The notes below the pieces were generated by a model that made no database searches, was not told where the DNA came from, and worked only from the letters and a program-made list of their open reading frames with translations. Positions 38,653-50,814 of a stretch of DNA of 64,000 bases are shown here, piece by piece. The stretch is from positions 64,267 to 128,266 of the forward strand of contig CBFFRP010000668.1 of the NCBI GenBank assembly GCA_965644295.1, in the 5' to 3' direction. Both the position numbers and the translations under genes were made by a program. The first letter of the stretch is position 1. Each line of letters opens with the position of its first letter. Source of the DNA: Paraphysomonas bandaiensis. Its lineage: Eukaryota > Protista > Chrysophyceae.

Positions 38653-39124
38653 GCTTTTCTCTATTGTGTTGGACAAAGACTGATGTAGCACAAAAAGCTC
38701 TCCTCTCAAGGATATGCTGTACAATGTTGCAAGTCTAAAGTGCAAGTGTAATTAAATGGTTGTTATTACCACTAATCGGGTCAATAGAGAAAAGTGACTC
38801 TATATGATGATTGATTCACAAGAGGCAATGCACTTGGGTGGCTATGGATGCTACTGACGATTATACTATAAGTGGCTATGAATGCTACTGACGATTTCAT
38901 GAGAGGCAATAAATGATAGTGACGTATCTCTTGCATTCTGTATGTATACAGGTGTTATACAGACATGGGGAGTACGTGCAAGTATCTGCTACTCCTGATG
39001 ACTAACTACAAAAATAGTGTAACACACCCCTGCAATGGAGTTATGTGTACTGAGTGTGCATCATGCGACATTGGAATGACAGTTTACCGTAAGACGTATG
39101 GGAATCTTGGAGGCAGCTGAGGCT

Positions 39125-41807
39125 TCACTGGAGCAGGTTTTGCCTCAGGTCGGTGAAGTTCTGGCCTCCAAGGGGCTTAGTCAAAATGTCGGCAATCATT
39201 TCCTTGGTGGGCTTGTAGCAGAGCCGAATGTCACCGTTCAGGATGCGCTCCTGTAGGTAATGGTATCGCACTCTGATGTGCTGAGTCCGGCCTGATCTGG
39301 ATGTACCATTCTCAGATAAGGAGATGGAGGACTTGTTGTCCTGATAAAGCACAGTCGGAGGCTGCGGGTAACCCAGGTCTGAGAGCAGTGTTCTCTGGAC
39401 GAGGATTGGGGGAATACCAGTGTCTGCAGAGATGAGTTCTGACTCGGATGAGGAGCGGCTCACACACTTCTGCTTGACTGACTTTGCAAGTATGGTTCCA
39501 CCACTCCTGGAGCCTATCTTCATCACGATGCCCGTATGCCCTTTCCCATCTGGGTGAACTCCATAACTCGCGTCTGCCCAACACTCAAGTGTGATAGAGT
39601 CTGGGTCGAGTGTCAGCGTCAGGTCTTTGGTGCCATTGATGTATGCCAACACTCGCAGCAGCTTGCATCGGTCATGGGTGTCTGGACACTTTGCCCTGGT
39701 GGCTAAATGGCTGCACGCAAGCAAGATATCGGGTCTGATCCTCTTGGCTAGGTACATAAGTTTCATCAGGAGGCTGAGATATTCACTAGCGTCCACCGGG
39801 TCTCCAGGCTTGTCGTTCCGGAACAAGTGCTTTGTCGCTGGAGTCTTGGCCTTGGATCCGTCGCTGTGGTCACGAAGTAGCTCGTCAATGTAAGCAGGCA
39901 TGGAGACAGTGATGTGTCCCTGGTCATGCACGGTGAGGACCATCCCGAGATATGGGATCTGGGATTCGGTTTCTGTGGTTACCTTTCCGAACTTGTCACT
40001 GAGGAGCTTCTCGAGCCATTCGGTGAGCTCCTTCGAAGTTGTGGTGACCAGGAGGTCGTCCACGTGGAGTGCTATGGTGCACTTGCCACGTTTGCTCACA
40101 TATATAAACACACATGGATCGGCGTCGCTGATTCGGAATCCGGCCTCCAGCAGCACCCCTGAAATGGTTCGGTGCCAGCGTAGTCCTGCTTCGGGTAGTC
40201 CGTACAAGGCCTTGACTGCGTCAGCAAGCATTGTCCCATTGGGTTGAACATACTTTCGGAGATGAGGCTTGTGTCGCACGTAGACCTCGGTAACGTCCTT
40301 AGGGATCCGGATGATGTGGGGATGCTCAAGGTCGGCGTTTAGGTAGGCACCCGGGATGTCCATCGTGGCTATGGTCCTCTTCTCATAGGCGGCAACGCTC
40401 AGAATTGTCATGACAGATTCAGTCTTGACTGTGGGGGACGATGTGTCACCGGAGGTGTATAGGGTGCGGTCGGTCATGTGACCGCCACCGACCAGCCTGG
40501 CCTTGATCTTCTCCAAGGTGTTGGTCATAGCTGAGCGCTTCTCCTTACAAAACATGCTCGAGGGGAGTATTTTGCTATGCTTCCTACCACTGGTGTCCGC
40601 ATGGCTCACAGGGATCAATGCACGCTTTCCTTGGAAGAGTTGGTCCATCTCCCTGACTATGGCGTCCTCTGCTATCCCTGGATGAGCTCTTAGTGCTTCA
40701 CGAACTGATAAGTTGAATGCAAACATTTCGTCTGACGAGGTTAAGAAGGCTGTAGGGTCCTCATCCCTGTCACGGCTATGATCACGAGTAGGTTCAGATC
40801 GCCGCTCGGGGTCACTGTCGTCCTGCTGGTCTGGGCCTGCTACCTGGTCATCCTCGGGCACGAGTACTGGGGGACTGTGATCTGTAGACTGACTCGGAAC
40901 GGTATCCTCATCGTCGTCCGACTCGTCATCTGACACTAGCTCTGGTGCGTCGTCGTCATCACGGCTCCAGTCAGGAGGATTGGGATGATCCTCGTACGTC
41001 GTCACGGGGTCATTGCTATGTCGAGACCTATCATGGTCTGCGATCCTGTTCACAGTGTTGATGATGGTCGGGGTAAATAGGCATGGCTTGAAAGTCGACC
41101 GGGAGACTATCCTCAACGAGTCTAGTGTGAATACTCTGATACCACCGTTGGAGTTAGGGTCTCGTCCCACTACAATTGCATCCTCGACTCGGGAATCCTC
41201 AGATGTACCACTAGAGGGTTGGTTCGGAGTCTTCACTTGAACGAGCTTTCCAAATTCAATGCGGATGTCCTTGGGGGCAATGACTTTCTTACCGGTGACG
41301 ACCTCCTTGGGGGTACGGACCCCTGACCTCTTGTTGGGGGTCATGTTCAGCGTGACGATGGTGTCAATCACTGCAGCCTCATTCAGTCGGGCAGGGAGCC
41401 GGTACACCTGAGTGAGCCGTAGTATACGGACTCTCTCCTTCACCACACGTGTGCTCCGCTCGGCTCTTCGCTCGTGGAGTCCACGCCCACTGTACATGCA
41501 CTGGATGCCCATCCCGTTCAATTCCGACTCTAAGGCTTTGAACGCTACTTCCCGGTCGGTCCTTATGGATCGTACTGTCCATCCGTATGATTTGTACGCG
41601 TTGAACATCCGGGTAAATGCTTCTAATAGGTGGTTGGACCTTTTGCTCGGTATGCGGGCTGCCATGAGGTAATTCACTGTGTCCTCAACTGATAGCAGAT
41701 ATGGTGCCTTGGTGCCCTTTTCTGAGGTAATGAAGAAAATATCGCAATGTAGTAGCTGCCCTGTAGTGACTAGCTCGTCTGGAGTCGATGAAATGGCACT
41801 TGGGTTC
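39125..41807 (-). CDS. Copia A integrase-RT-RNase H, 5'-truncated
   Basis: LHCDIFF/TDRE/AERSTRVVKER, KALYGL, HVDD, WADASY, ADILTKPL; integrase zinc-finger region missing. Confidence 0.92.
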
Positions 41808-44800
41808 CATTGATTCACGTATATCTCTTAACGCGTGAATACAACACACATATACAATGAAATACCAAATAGACTGAATAATTACCAAACTATACATGAT
41901 ACGCGACTGTACAAGATACGCACATGTATGTGGTGCTAACGCTCTGCTCAAACATGTCTTGCTATTATACTATTAGGCCTTATCGTTCAATCTTTATCTC
42001 TAATAATTTCAAGTATATTCTTACTAAATATTAAGACTAACCTTAAATCTTATTTTGGCAGCGGATGAGTTCTAAGACTAACAGTTACGATAACTCCGAC
42101 TCCGACTCATCGGACAAGAGGAAGGATTCCATGCCACCCTTCGACGCCAAGAACTTCTCAAAATGGCAGAAGAAAAGTAGAGCCTGGTTCTTTCGTAAGC
42201 CTAAGATAGTATACATCCTAAGAAACGATCCGCCAGAGGAGCCTATACGCCAAGAGGAAGAAACAGAAGAGGACTACCTATACAGGAAAAACGCCTACGA
42301 CGAAAATATGCAGTATTTCGAGGAGGGCAACAATTACCTATGGTCACTTCTATCCAGCGCGGTGATTGGCCAAAACGAGGAAGCAGAGGGTATTATCGAA
42401 ACAGTCCCTGAAGGAGATGGAAAAAGGGCATGGTCAGAGATCGAAAAGCATTTCAAAGACAAGACCTCAAATGATACAATAACCGACCTCATTGGCCAAC
42501 TGCAATCAATCAAAATCAAGCAAGCTCAAACAATCAATCAATTCCTGGACGAAGTCGAAAAATTGCGATTAAAGCTCGCTACACATGGCCACAAAGTCTC
42601 TGAACAAGACCTCATTTCAAGAATACGACAAGGGATGGTTTCAAATGAGAACCAGACCTATAAGGACCTGGCAATCAACCTCCAAATGAACCCAATTGAT
42701 GATTATAAAACGCTGATAAGAAGATTGAGAGCATTCGAGCATTCCACTGTAGGCTCCCTACTATCACAAAATACGGAAACCAAACGGGATAGCGCAAACT
42801 ACAGCTCAACAGGCAAACAGCCGTTTAACCCCCGTCTACCGAAGAAGCAAAAGCACAACAACGGGCAGCGAAAACAGAAGAAATTCAACAAGTCCAACAG
42901 AGCCACAAGTGCTAAGTCGCGCGAAGTTAAGTGCTTCAGATGCAATGGATCCAACCACATTGCAGCAGAGTGCAAGCACTCGTGGGAACACATACAACAG
43001 ATGCAGAAGTCCACAAACAAACGAAACGACGACAAAAGAGGGAAAGGGCATCACTCCAAGAACACATCATCAAAACACCCAAGAAACAGTCATCGGGATT
43101 CGAACTTAAGACTGGAAGACTATGACGATGAGGGGCCAAACGATGACAATGACTACAGTGCATTCTCTGGGATGATCACAGACAATCACGTCCTACATAC
43201 GGAACACGAGAAGCAGGAATTCGGCATTCTAGACTCTGGCTGCACAATATCAATTACAGCAGCACGAAGCTTACTCTCCGAATTCACTTATGACCAAACC
43301 ACAATTTACACCGCCAAATCAGGATCAGAAATGCAGGCATTGGGATACGGCAAGCTTGGACTGATTAGCAAGTGCAAGCTAGTTCCGGATGCCTCAAAGA
43401 CTTTAATTTCTATCAGCCAGTTGACAACAGACGCCAACTGCAATATTGTATTCGGGCAAAACGAGGCACGCGTATACCACGATGGAATTTTGTTAACCAC
43501 AGCCAGGAAACAAAACGGTCTATACGAGGTCAGATTATCCGATTTAGGTTACATCCAAGACCAGTGCAACTTGGCATCTACATCCAGCGGTTCCTCGATT
43601 TCCCTGGCACATCGAAGGTTGACCCACGCATCCATTGGCTTAATCCAAAAAGCACTAAAGTTGAATCTTGTGAAAGGAATCACTATTCCAAAATCCGACC
43701 TGAGCTCGCCACAGCTACCAGAAGGCCTTTGTGATGGCTGCGCACAAGGCAAGGCTCACAGGAGGAAACATAGGCGCGAGACAAGACAAATGATACCGAC
43801 AAAAACCAGAAGATCGCAGGAGCTTGGAGGACTTATAGCAGTTGATTTTACTGGACCATTTTCACCTCCAGCAATAGTCACAGGAAACACCGTAGTCTTT
43901 GGAGCTACCGATGCAGCTTCAAGATACAGTTGGACATTCTATGGAAAACACAGAACCGAGGATTTTGTCATTGAGTGCATTCAGAAAATTGTGGATTATC
44001 TGCATTCGAAAGGCAAACGGCTAATACACTATCATGCTGATGGTGGCCGTGAGCTAGTATCACATCGTGTACTGAACTTGCTGAGAAAATTAGGATCAAC
44101 CTGGACCTTCAACGCTCCATACACGCCTGAAGACAACCCCATACAAGAACGACCATGGCGCACGACCAAGGAAAGAACGCTTGCATCCATTTGCAACTCA
44201 GGCCTACCACCCAACTTCTGGGAACAGGCCATGTCCACTGTCACGCATATGAAAAATCGCCTGCCATGCGCCACTGCAAAGGGATTCATATCACCGTATC
44301 AGTTCATCCACGACGAGGCCCCCGATTTATCTTACGCCAGGATTTGGGGCTGCAAATGCCATACATTCATAGACAAGTCTCAGAGAAGAAACGATTGGTC
44401 TCCACATAGCCATATTGGGTACTTCATGGGATACCGAGAAGATGGACCAGGGTACGTCATATATGTACCTTCACTCAAGGACTTTGTAATCTCAAGTCAC
44501 GTCTTTTTCAATGAGTGCATCCCCGACGTCAAAGAAAACTATTACGCTGAAATCGAATCATCACTGAGAGAAGAAAATTCAGAGAATCGAACAGCCGAGA
44601 GCTTCCAATACCTCGTTGGAATGACCCACACAGATCCACAGGATGGCCTCCAATACATCACGACAAGAATCACAGTCATCAAAGGCCACGTGGCTGCTTA
44701 CAGAGGATTGGCCCCACGAGAAAATGAAGGGCGAGTCATCGAGTTAAATGACCCAATACACGCTGCGGACATCGAAAGATACACCGCCGAGCACTTCAGT

Positions 44801-47428
44801 TATCAGAACGCGGTATCACCCCCGCAAGAGGAACTAGGATGCCCCGTGGAAGGAACAGCTCCAGGGAGGAGCAGTTCAACCGATAGCCGTCATGACGCCA
44901 CACGGGGCGGGAGTCACAGCCATTTGAGAGGACCCTACTCAAATGAAAAGGAGGCAAGGCCTCGCCGCACAGCAGAAGCTCAGCGGAATACAGTGCCGAA
45001 GGAGGCACGGGGTGACAACAAGTGCGATCACCCTGCTCGTAAGGTCAAACGAGCTATCAAGACTGTGAATTCCCAGGGTGACAGGAGCCGGCAAAGCCCG
45101 GATGTCACAATTACGGGTGTAAGGACACCCCACCGTCACAAGGTGAGCCGTTGCGTAAAGAAAAGTCTCCACAGCAAGAGGCAGACCAGAAAAAGGGTAA
45201 TCATGAATGTACACAAATTCGGTGATAATATATACCACTGTGATGTTGATAAAAGATATTTGTACAACCACAAAACACCTGATAAACATGATAGTTACAG
45301 AACATTATACATGAATGATGTTGACATCATTATGCATGCAAATGACACATGTAGCAATGATGTACCTAACACACCTAACAATGTTGGCGAGGCACTATCA
45401 GGCAGGTACAAGGAACAATGGCTGAAAGCCATCAACAAAGAAATCAAGTCTTTAGAGAGCAAAGGCTGTTGGAGGATAACGACACCACCAGCAAATTCCA
45501 ACATCATAAGGGGAAAATTCGTGTTTAGGGTAAAGGTCAAGCGAGATGAGGTTACCTTCAAGGCGAGGTTAGTGGCTCAAGGTTTCTCCCAGGTCGAGGG
45601 TAAAGACTACAACGAAACCTACAGCCCAGTCGCAAAGGCCACATCAATGAGAACAGTCATAGCACTAGCAACTATACTTGGGTTGGAGCTTCACCAGGTA
45701 GATTTCTCCACTGCTTACATCAATGCAGACCTCCAAGAGGAAATTTACATGTATCCACCCGCTGGTCTCAATGTTCCAAACGGTAAAGTCCTCAGACTTC
45801 TAAAGAGTATATACGGACTCAAACAGTCCGGGTTAAATTGGTATAAATGTTGTACTAATTATTTGTTAGACTGTGGTTTTACCAGATTAGTGTCCGACCC
45901 GTGCATATTCACGAAATCAATCAATGGTCGACCCATAATTCTGGCAGTTTACGTCGATGACATCATTATCGCCGGTAAAAGTAGGACTGACATCATCCAA
46001 ATCAAGAATTCGTTAGCTGAAAAATTCGACATTCATGATCTCGGCCTCCTAGATTACTATCTCGGCATATTCGTCAAACAGGATATACAGAATCGAACTA
46101 CGACACTAAATCAATCTCAATACATACGGAACCTACTCCACAGATTCAACATGGAAGATTGCAAGCCACGAAGTCACCCCATGACAACAAATTTTCATAT
46201 AGACATTCTCGAAAAGAAACAACTATCTCAAGAAAATCAAGAATTTGTCCAAAATTTTCCTTACAAGGAGCTCATAGGTTCACTTATGTATATTGCTGTG
46301 TGCACTAGACCTGATATTGCATATGCTGTAAACACCCTTGCTCGTTTCAGTACTAATCCAAATCTAACTACATGCAAAGCCGCATTAAACATACTTAGGT
46401 ACCTCAAAGGCACTATCGATCAAGGTCTACAGTACTCCGGGAAGTCTGTTACTTTAACTGGATTCGCTGACAGTGATTGGGCACGCTGTAACTTAACTCG
46501 CAGGTCGACCACAGCGTTTTGCTTCTTTATTGGAAATTGTCTCATTTCCTGGCAATCACGACTCCAGACCACTGTAGCTCTATCCTCTACAGAAGCGGAG
46601 TACATGGCACTATCAACAGCATGTCAAGAAGCTATTTGGCTACGGTCACTACTCTCGGAATTGGGCTTCCACATGCCATACTCAACAACCATATGGTGTG
46701 ACAACAAAGGTGCAATTCAACTATGCCTAAACCCCGTACACCACCGACGAACAAAACATATTGCCATCAGATATCACTTCATAAGAGAACAAGTCGCATC
46801 GCACTCTATTATTGTTGATTACATGCCTACAAACGAGATGCTGGCCGACATTCTAACTAAACCCCTCACATCAAACACGTTCCACAGATTGCGGGATTCA
46901 CTAATGGGGGGGGGAGGTATCAACATACCTGCTAGCAATAAAAGAACAAAAGTACCTATCCCACCGGCAGAGAACTCAACCAAGAGACCACGATGGATGA
47001 CTTAGAGATCTACGGAGTTTCCCACGAGTATGCTGTATGTTGACATCAGTGTAATCCACAATCTGTGATTGCACTCGTGGGTTTTACCCTCAGTAGAACT
47101 ATCTCCAAATATATACACCTATATCCGTATATCTATGTATACGTCATATGATTATTTCATTGAGGGGGAGTATTAGGAGTCATTGATTCACGTATATCTC
47201 TTAACGCGTGAATACAACACACATATACAATGAAATACCAAATAGACTGAATAATTACCAAACTATACATGATACGCGACTGTACAAGATACGCACATGT
47301 ATGTGGTGCTAACGCTCTGCTCAAACATGTCTTGCTATTATACTATTAGGCCTTATCGTTCAATCTTTATCTCTAATAATTTCAAGTATATTCTTACTAA
47401 ATATTAAGACTAACCTTAAATCTTATTT
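41808..47428 (+). mobile_element. Ty1/copia element B, full-length ORF, 5' LTR missing first 10 nt, no TSD
   Basis: LTRs 41808-42055 and 47171-47428 appear identical over 248 bp; PBS-like TGGCAGCGG (42056-42064); PPT TGAGGGGGAG (47161-47170). Confidence 0.95.
42065..47005 (+). CDS. Copia B Gag-Pol polyprotein
   Basis: CFRCNGSNHIAAEC, ILDSGC, HRRLTH..CDGCAQGK, KSIYGLKQSG, YVDD, ADILTKPL in copia order. Confidence 0.97.
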   Translation: MSSKTNSYDNSDSDSSDKRKDSMPPFDAKNFSKWQKKSRAWFFRKPKIVYILRNDPPEEPIRQEEETEEDYLYRKNAYDENMQYFEEGNNYLWSLLSSAVIGQNEEAEGIIETVPEGDGKRAWSEIEKHFKDKTSNDTITDLIGQLQSIKIKQAQTINQFLDEVEKLRLKLATHGHKVSEQDLISRIRQGMVSNENQTYKDLAINLQMNPIDDYKTLIRRLRAFEHSTVGSLLSQNTETKRDSANYSSTGKQPFNPRLPKKQKHNNGQRKQKKFNKSNRATSAKSREVKCFRCNGSNHIAAECKHSWEHIQQMQKSTNKRNDDKRGKGHHSKNTSSKHPRNSHRDSNLRLEDYDDEGPNDDNDYSAFSGMITDNHVLHTEHEKQEFGILDSGCTISITAARSLLSEFTYDQTTIYTAKSGSEMQALGYGKLGLISKCKLVPDASKTLISISQLTTDANCNIVFGQNEARVYHDGILLTTARKQNGLYEVRLSDLGYIQDQCNLASTSSGSSISLAHRRLTHASIGLIQKALKLNLVKGITIPKSDLSSPQLPEGLCDGCAQGKAHRRKHRRETRQMIPTKTRRSQELGGLIAVDFTGPFSPPAIVTGNTVVFGATDAASRYSWTFYGKHRTEDFVIECIQKIVDYLHSKGKRLIHYHADGGRELVSHRVLNLLRKLGSTWTFNAPYTPEDNPIQERPWRTTKERTLASICNSGLPPNFWEQAMSTVTHMKNRLPCATAKGFISPYQFIHDEAPDLSYARIWGCKCHTFIDKSQRRNDWSPHSHIGYFMGYREDGPGYVIYVPSLKDFVISSHVFFNECIPDVKENYYAEIESSLREENSENRTAESFQYLVGMTHTDPQDGLQYITTRITVIKGHVAAYRGLAPRENEGRVIELNDPIHAADIERYTAEHFSYQNAVSPPQEELGCPVEGTAPGRSSSTDSRHDATRGGSHSHLRGPYSNEKEARPRRTAEAQRNTVPKEARGDNKCDHPARKVKRAIKTVNSQGDRSRQSPDVTITGVRTPHRHKVSRCVKKSLHSKRQTRKRVIMNVHKFGDNIYHCDVDKRYLYNHKTPDKHDSYRTLYMNDVDIIMHANDTCSNDVPNTPNNVGEALSGRYKEQWLKAINKEIKSLESKGCWRITTPPANSNIIRGKFVFRVKVKRDEVTFKARLVAQGFSQVEGKDYNETYSPVAKATSMRTVIALATILGLELHQVDFSTAYINADLQEEIYMYPPAGLNVPNGKVLRLLKSIYGLKQSGLNWYKCCTNYLLDCGFTRLVSDPCIFTKSINGRPIILAVYVDDIIIAGKSRTDIIQIKNSLAEKFDIHDLGLLDYYLGIFVKQDIQNRTTTLNQSQYIRNLLHRFNMEDCKPRSHPMTTNFHIDILEKKQLSQENQEFVQNFPYKELIGSLMYIAVCTRPDIAYAVNTLARFSTNPNLTTCKAALNILRYLKGTIDQGLQYSGKSVTLTGFADSDWARCNLTRRSTTAFCFFIGNCLISWQSRLQTTVALSSTEAEYMALSTACQEAIWLRSLLSELGFHMPYSTTIWCDNKGAIQLCLNPVHHRRTKHIAIRYHFIREQVASHSIIVDYMPTNEMLADILTKPLTSNTFHRLRDSLMGGGGINIPASNKRTKVPIPPAENSTKRPRWMT

Positions 47429-47947
47429 TTTTAGGCACATACTTGTGATTCTGTTCACGCTTTACAAAGTCTCAATTATTATTCGTCGCTTTATAAAATT
47501 CGCCGGTATACATCTCATATTTCTGGATACTGTGCATACCAGACAATGTTCCGTTTCTATCCTAGAACTGTTCAATACTCTGATAAGGAATACCACAAAA
47601 AAATTCAAATACATAATATTCGTAACATCAATATACACTCGTTATAGAGCCATTTAAGAACTCCTCCTAGACAATAGCATCAAGCAACCATTCAAAAATC
47701 CCGAAGTCAGTCATTGTTTGTGGCGCTTCTGAGTATGAACTGGCGCATCTTCTATACTGCACTGTCTCAAAAGTTTGAATCATTTTACGTGCCATGAGAA
47801 GTACATGAGATGGGTATATCAAAAAATGGCATATTCCACTGTAGTCACACTGATAACTTCCTTTACTTCCCTGTATACATACATCACAGCATCGTAAACA
47901 ACAACAGCAAGAAGATAAAACACATCGCACTGATACCTGATGGCATA
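47429..47947. repeat. 519-bp host segment, copy 2 of direct duplication
   Basis: Appears identical to 36681-37199. Confidence 0.95.
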
Positions 47948-48461
47948 AGCACACAATGCAGCAGCAATCTACGTGGCCTGTTTGGCTCCAATGTGACCAG
48001 TATGTGTGTTCGATGACACAATTTCCTCCACTCTCCTGTTATGAAGGCCCATAGTATGGATTCTATGCTGACGACAGGAATAGCTGGCCTGCCTTTAACA
48101 ACAGCACCATCATGCACAACATGTCCCACTTTTTGGTGAAAAGTTGCCGAAATCGAGGTTTACACATTCAAATATCGGAAAACAGGAGTATAAAAACAGC
48201 AGTACCTGTACACATCGTGAATAAGTACAAGTATGGCAGTACAGTTACTCTGGAGGCCTATCACACACAGCACTGCAGGACGCACGTGCGGCTGATTGTT
48301 ATCAGCTCAGCCTCATGATTGTGTGCGCCAGTCTTGTTGGAACACTGCGTGTGTGATATCATCGTGTAGCTACCTCACTACAGTACCGGTGGAGCAGTAG
48401 CAGTAGCAGTAGCAGTACACCGTATACGCATATATATATACACTGACTACATTATAGTAAC

Positions 48462-50630
48462 ATGTGCGGAATAGCGGCTCTGCTGTCGCACATATGCCGC
48501 GACAGTGATGCGCTGGATGGGCTGTGGTCCTGTGTCCTTGAAGACATCGCCCGCAGAGGTCCTCACTGGTCAGGGGTGTGTGAGTCGAGTGGGATCATTC
48601 TCGCAGGCAGTGTACTGCATATACAGGGAGACCACATCACCGCACAGCCCTGTGTGGACGTTGACAACAACATATTGCTTTGGAATGGTGAAGTGTTCGG
48701 TGGTATAGAGGGGATGGATGGTGGTGATGGTGATGATGATGGTACAAGTGACACTCGTATAGTATCTGACCGGTTAAGAGAGTGTGTGTCTAAAGCCGGC
48801 GCTCAAGCGAGCTGCAGTGATATTGCTAGTGCTGTTGCCCACACGATTTGTACTGTAGAGGGACCGTATGCGTTCATATATTTTCATGCGGCATCAGAAA
48901 CAGTTGTCTATGGTAGAGATCCCTTTGGTCGACGAAGCCTTCTTGCACTGAGTGAGTGCAGTTTCACGAATGATGATACCCGAAATCGACATATATTGCT
49001 GTCATCAGTGTGTTGCAATAGTAGCCCCCTTCCTGAGTGCCTTAAGTGGGAAGAACTAACCGTGGGTGGAGTTTATGCTCAAAGAAATGGGGAAACGTTA
49101 CAAGTACCGTGGCCAGAGAATAGACTGCGCTTAGGGGTTATTCCTCCCGCCTCCACGCCCAGTGACCACAATGTCGTCGGAGCAGCGAAATATGCTCAAG
49201 GTTTTCTGGATGCGCTGATGTTTGGCATGTCGAGGCGGATACGTCGTGTGCATGACCTTGATTCATCAGATATCCCGACGGCTGGTGAAGAATCTACTTG
49301 TGCTGTAGGCGTGCTTTTCTCTGGTGGAGTGGACTCAGTATTACTTGCTGCAGCACTTCACTTATCTCTGCCATCCCACCTTGGTACATGCGTTATCGAT
49401 CTAATCAATGTCACCTTTGACATTGAAGGTCAAACCACATTATCACCCGATAGACTTTCTGCCATAGCGTCATTAGGAGAACTACAGATGGTCTTTCCAG
49501 AGCGGAACTGGCGATTAGTGCATGTGGACATAGACACACAGGAGAGATGTCGTCACGAAACTCACATAATGGGTCTGATTCACCCTCTCTGTACTCACAT
49601 GGACCTAAATATTGGGACCGCCTTCTGGTTTGCGGCTCGTGGGGAAGGATATCTGCGGAGTTATTCTGCGGAGGATTTGACTAATGCATATAGTATTGAA
49701 GAAAAAGGAAGGCCACTTGTTCGCCGTGGAGCAGAGGGGGCGCGACTTGGGGCCGGGAAGAAATCAACTGATTGTCGCGATACGCACACCTCTAATGCTG
49801 GACGTGAAGTATGTAGCGCTCCAGGCTGCGGTCGGGTAGGCAAGACAGGGTGTCCCTATCTCCTTTGCAGACGGTGCTGCCTACGTAAGCGTGAGGAGAG
49901 GAGTGGGGATGCTAGTGGAGAGGGGAGTGGTTGCCCTGCACATAGAAGTCGGGGAGAGCAAAATAAAAAAAATACCCCCGCGCTTAGCAAGTACGAGAAG
50001 GTGGTGGAAGAACTTCCGGGTTGTGTTCGTGGGTCAGGTATTCAAGAAGGTGATACGCCATACCGGTCCGAATGCAGAGTACTCCTTGTGGGAATCGGTG
50101 CTGATGAACAGTTGGGTGGATATGGGAGACATCGTACCGTATTCCAGCGCGGCGGCGAAGACAGTCTGCGCAGAGAAATACAGAGTGATACCGCCAGACT
50201 CTGGACGCGAAACCTTGGAAGGTACGACCCTTTAACGATGGAAAAGGTATTTTCTCATACTTGATATGAGCAGAGATGACAGATGCGTATCGGATCATGG
50301 GAGGGAGTGTTGGTTTCCTTTCATCGACGAACACGTTGTCTCCTTCCTTGAGAAAACACCTCTTGATATGGTGAGATGCTTGTATTTTTTAGCTTCGTAT
50401 TAATACTTCGTACACATCAGCGGTGTGATTTCTCTTTACCAATGGGCGTGGGTGACAAGAAGATATTGCGGGATGCAGCTCTCATTCTGGGCCTTTCCAA
50501 TACTGCTGAGTTAGTTAAACGAGCTATCCAATTTGGAACTCGAATTGCGAAGCACACAAATGTACAGTTTCATGGAAGTAATCGAAAGGGTAAAGGTACC
50601 ACTAAAATCACAGCTGTAGAAGATACTTAA
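48462..50630 (+). CDS. ASNSD1: Asparagine synthetase domain-containing protein 1 (3 exons)
   Basis: MCGI N-terminus, RRGP, LLWNGEVF, GRDPFGRRSLL, VLFSGGVDS, MDLNIGTAFWFAARG, GIGADEQLGGYGRHR, RNLGR|DDRCVSDHGRE, KRAIQFGTR. Confidence 0.92.
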
Positions 50631-50814
50631 AATTTGGTGTATACTGCTACAAGTACTTATATCCATGAATGGATATTGCTAATTAATGTGACAATAAAAA
50701 GTGATTATACTTTCCTTTGTGGACTATTACTTTTGATTCATAGGGAGAGCCACCTTCAATTCATATTATCTGTTACGAGGTTACGAGTTACGAGTACGAT
50801 TACGTAACTAAAAA

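Larger units (their letters stand above)
37200..41807 (-). mobile_element. Ty1/copia element A, circularly permuted (pol - single LTR - gag)
   Basis: On the minus strand IN-RT-RH (41807-39125) precedes PPT-like GCAGGGGTG, a TGTTA..TAACA LTR-like unit (~39024-38761), then gag-protease (38652-37200); no terminal LTRs. Confidence 0.85.

Noticed and set aside
47021-47081. Hairpin CCCACGAGT/ACTCGTGGG in the copia B 3' UTR
   Set aside because: Single instance; no family assignable.
47667-48129. Possible Cys-rich host gene overlapping the duplicated segment
   Set aside because: Plausible intron but no convincing start or homology, so not listed as a CDS.
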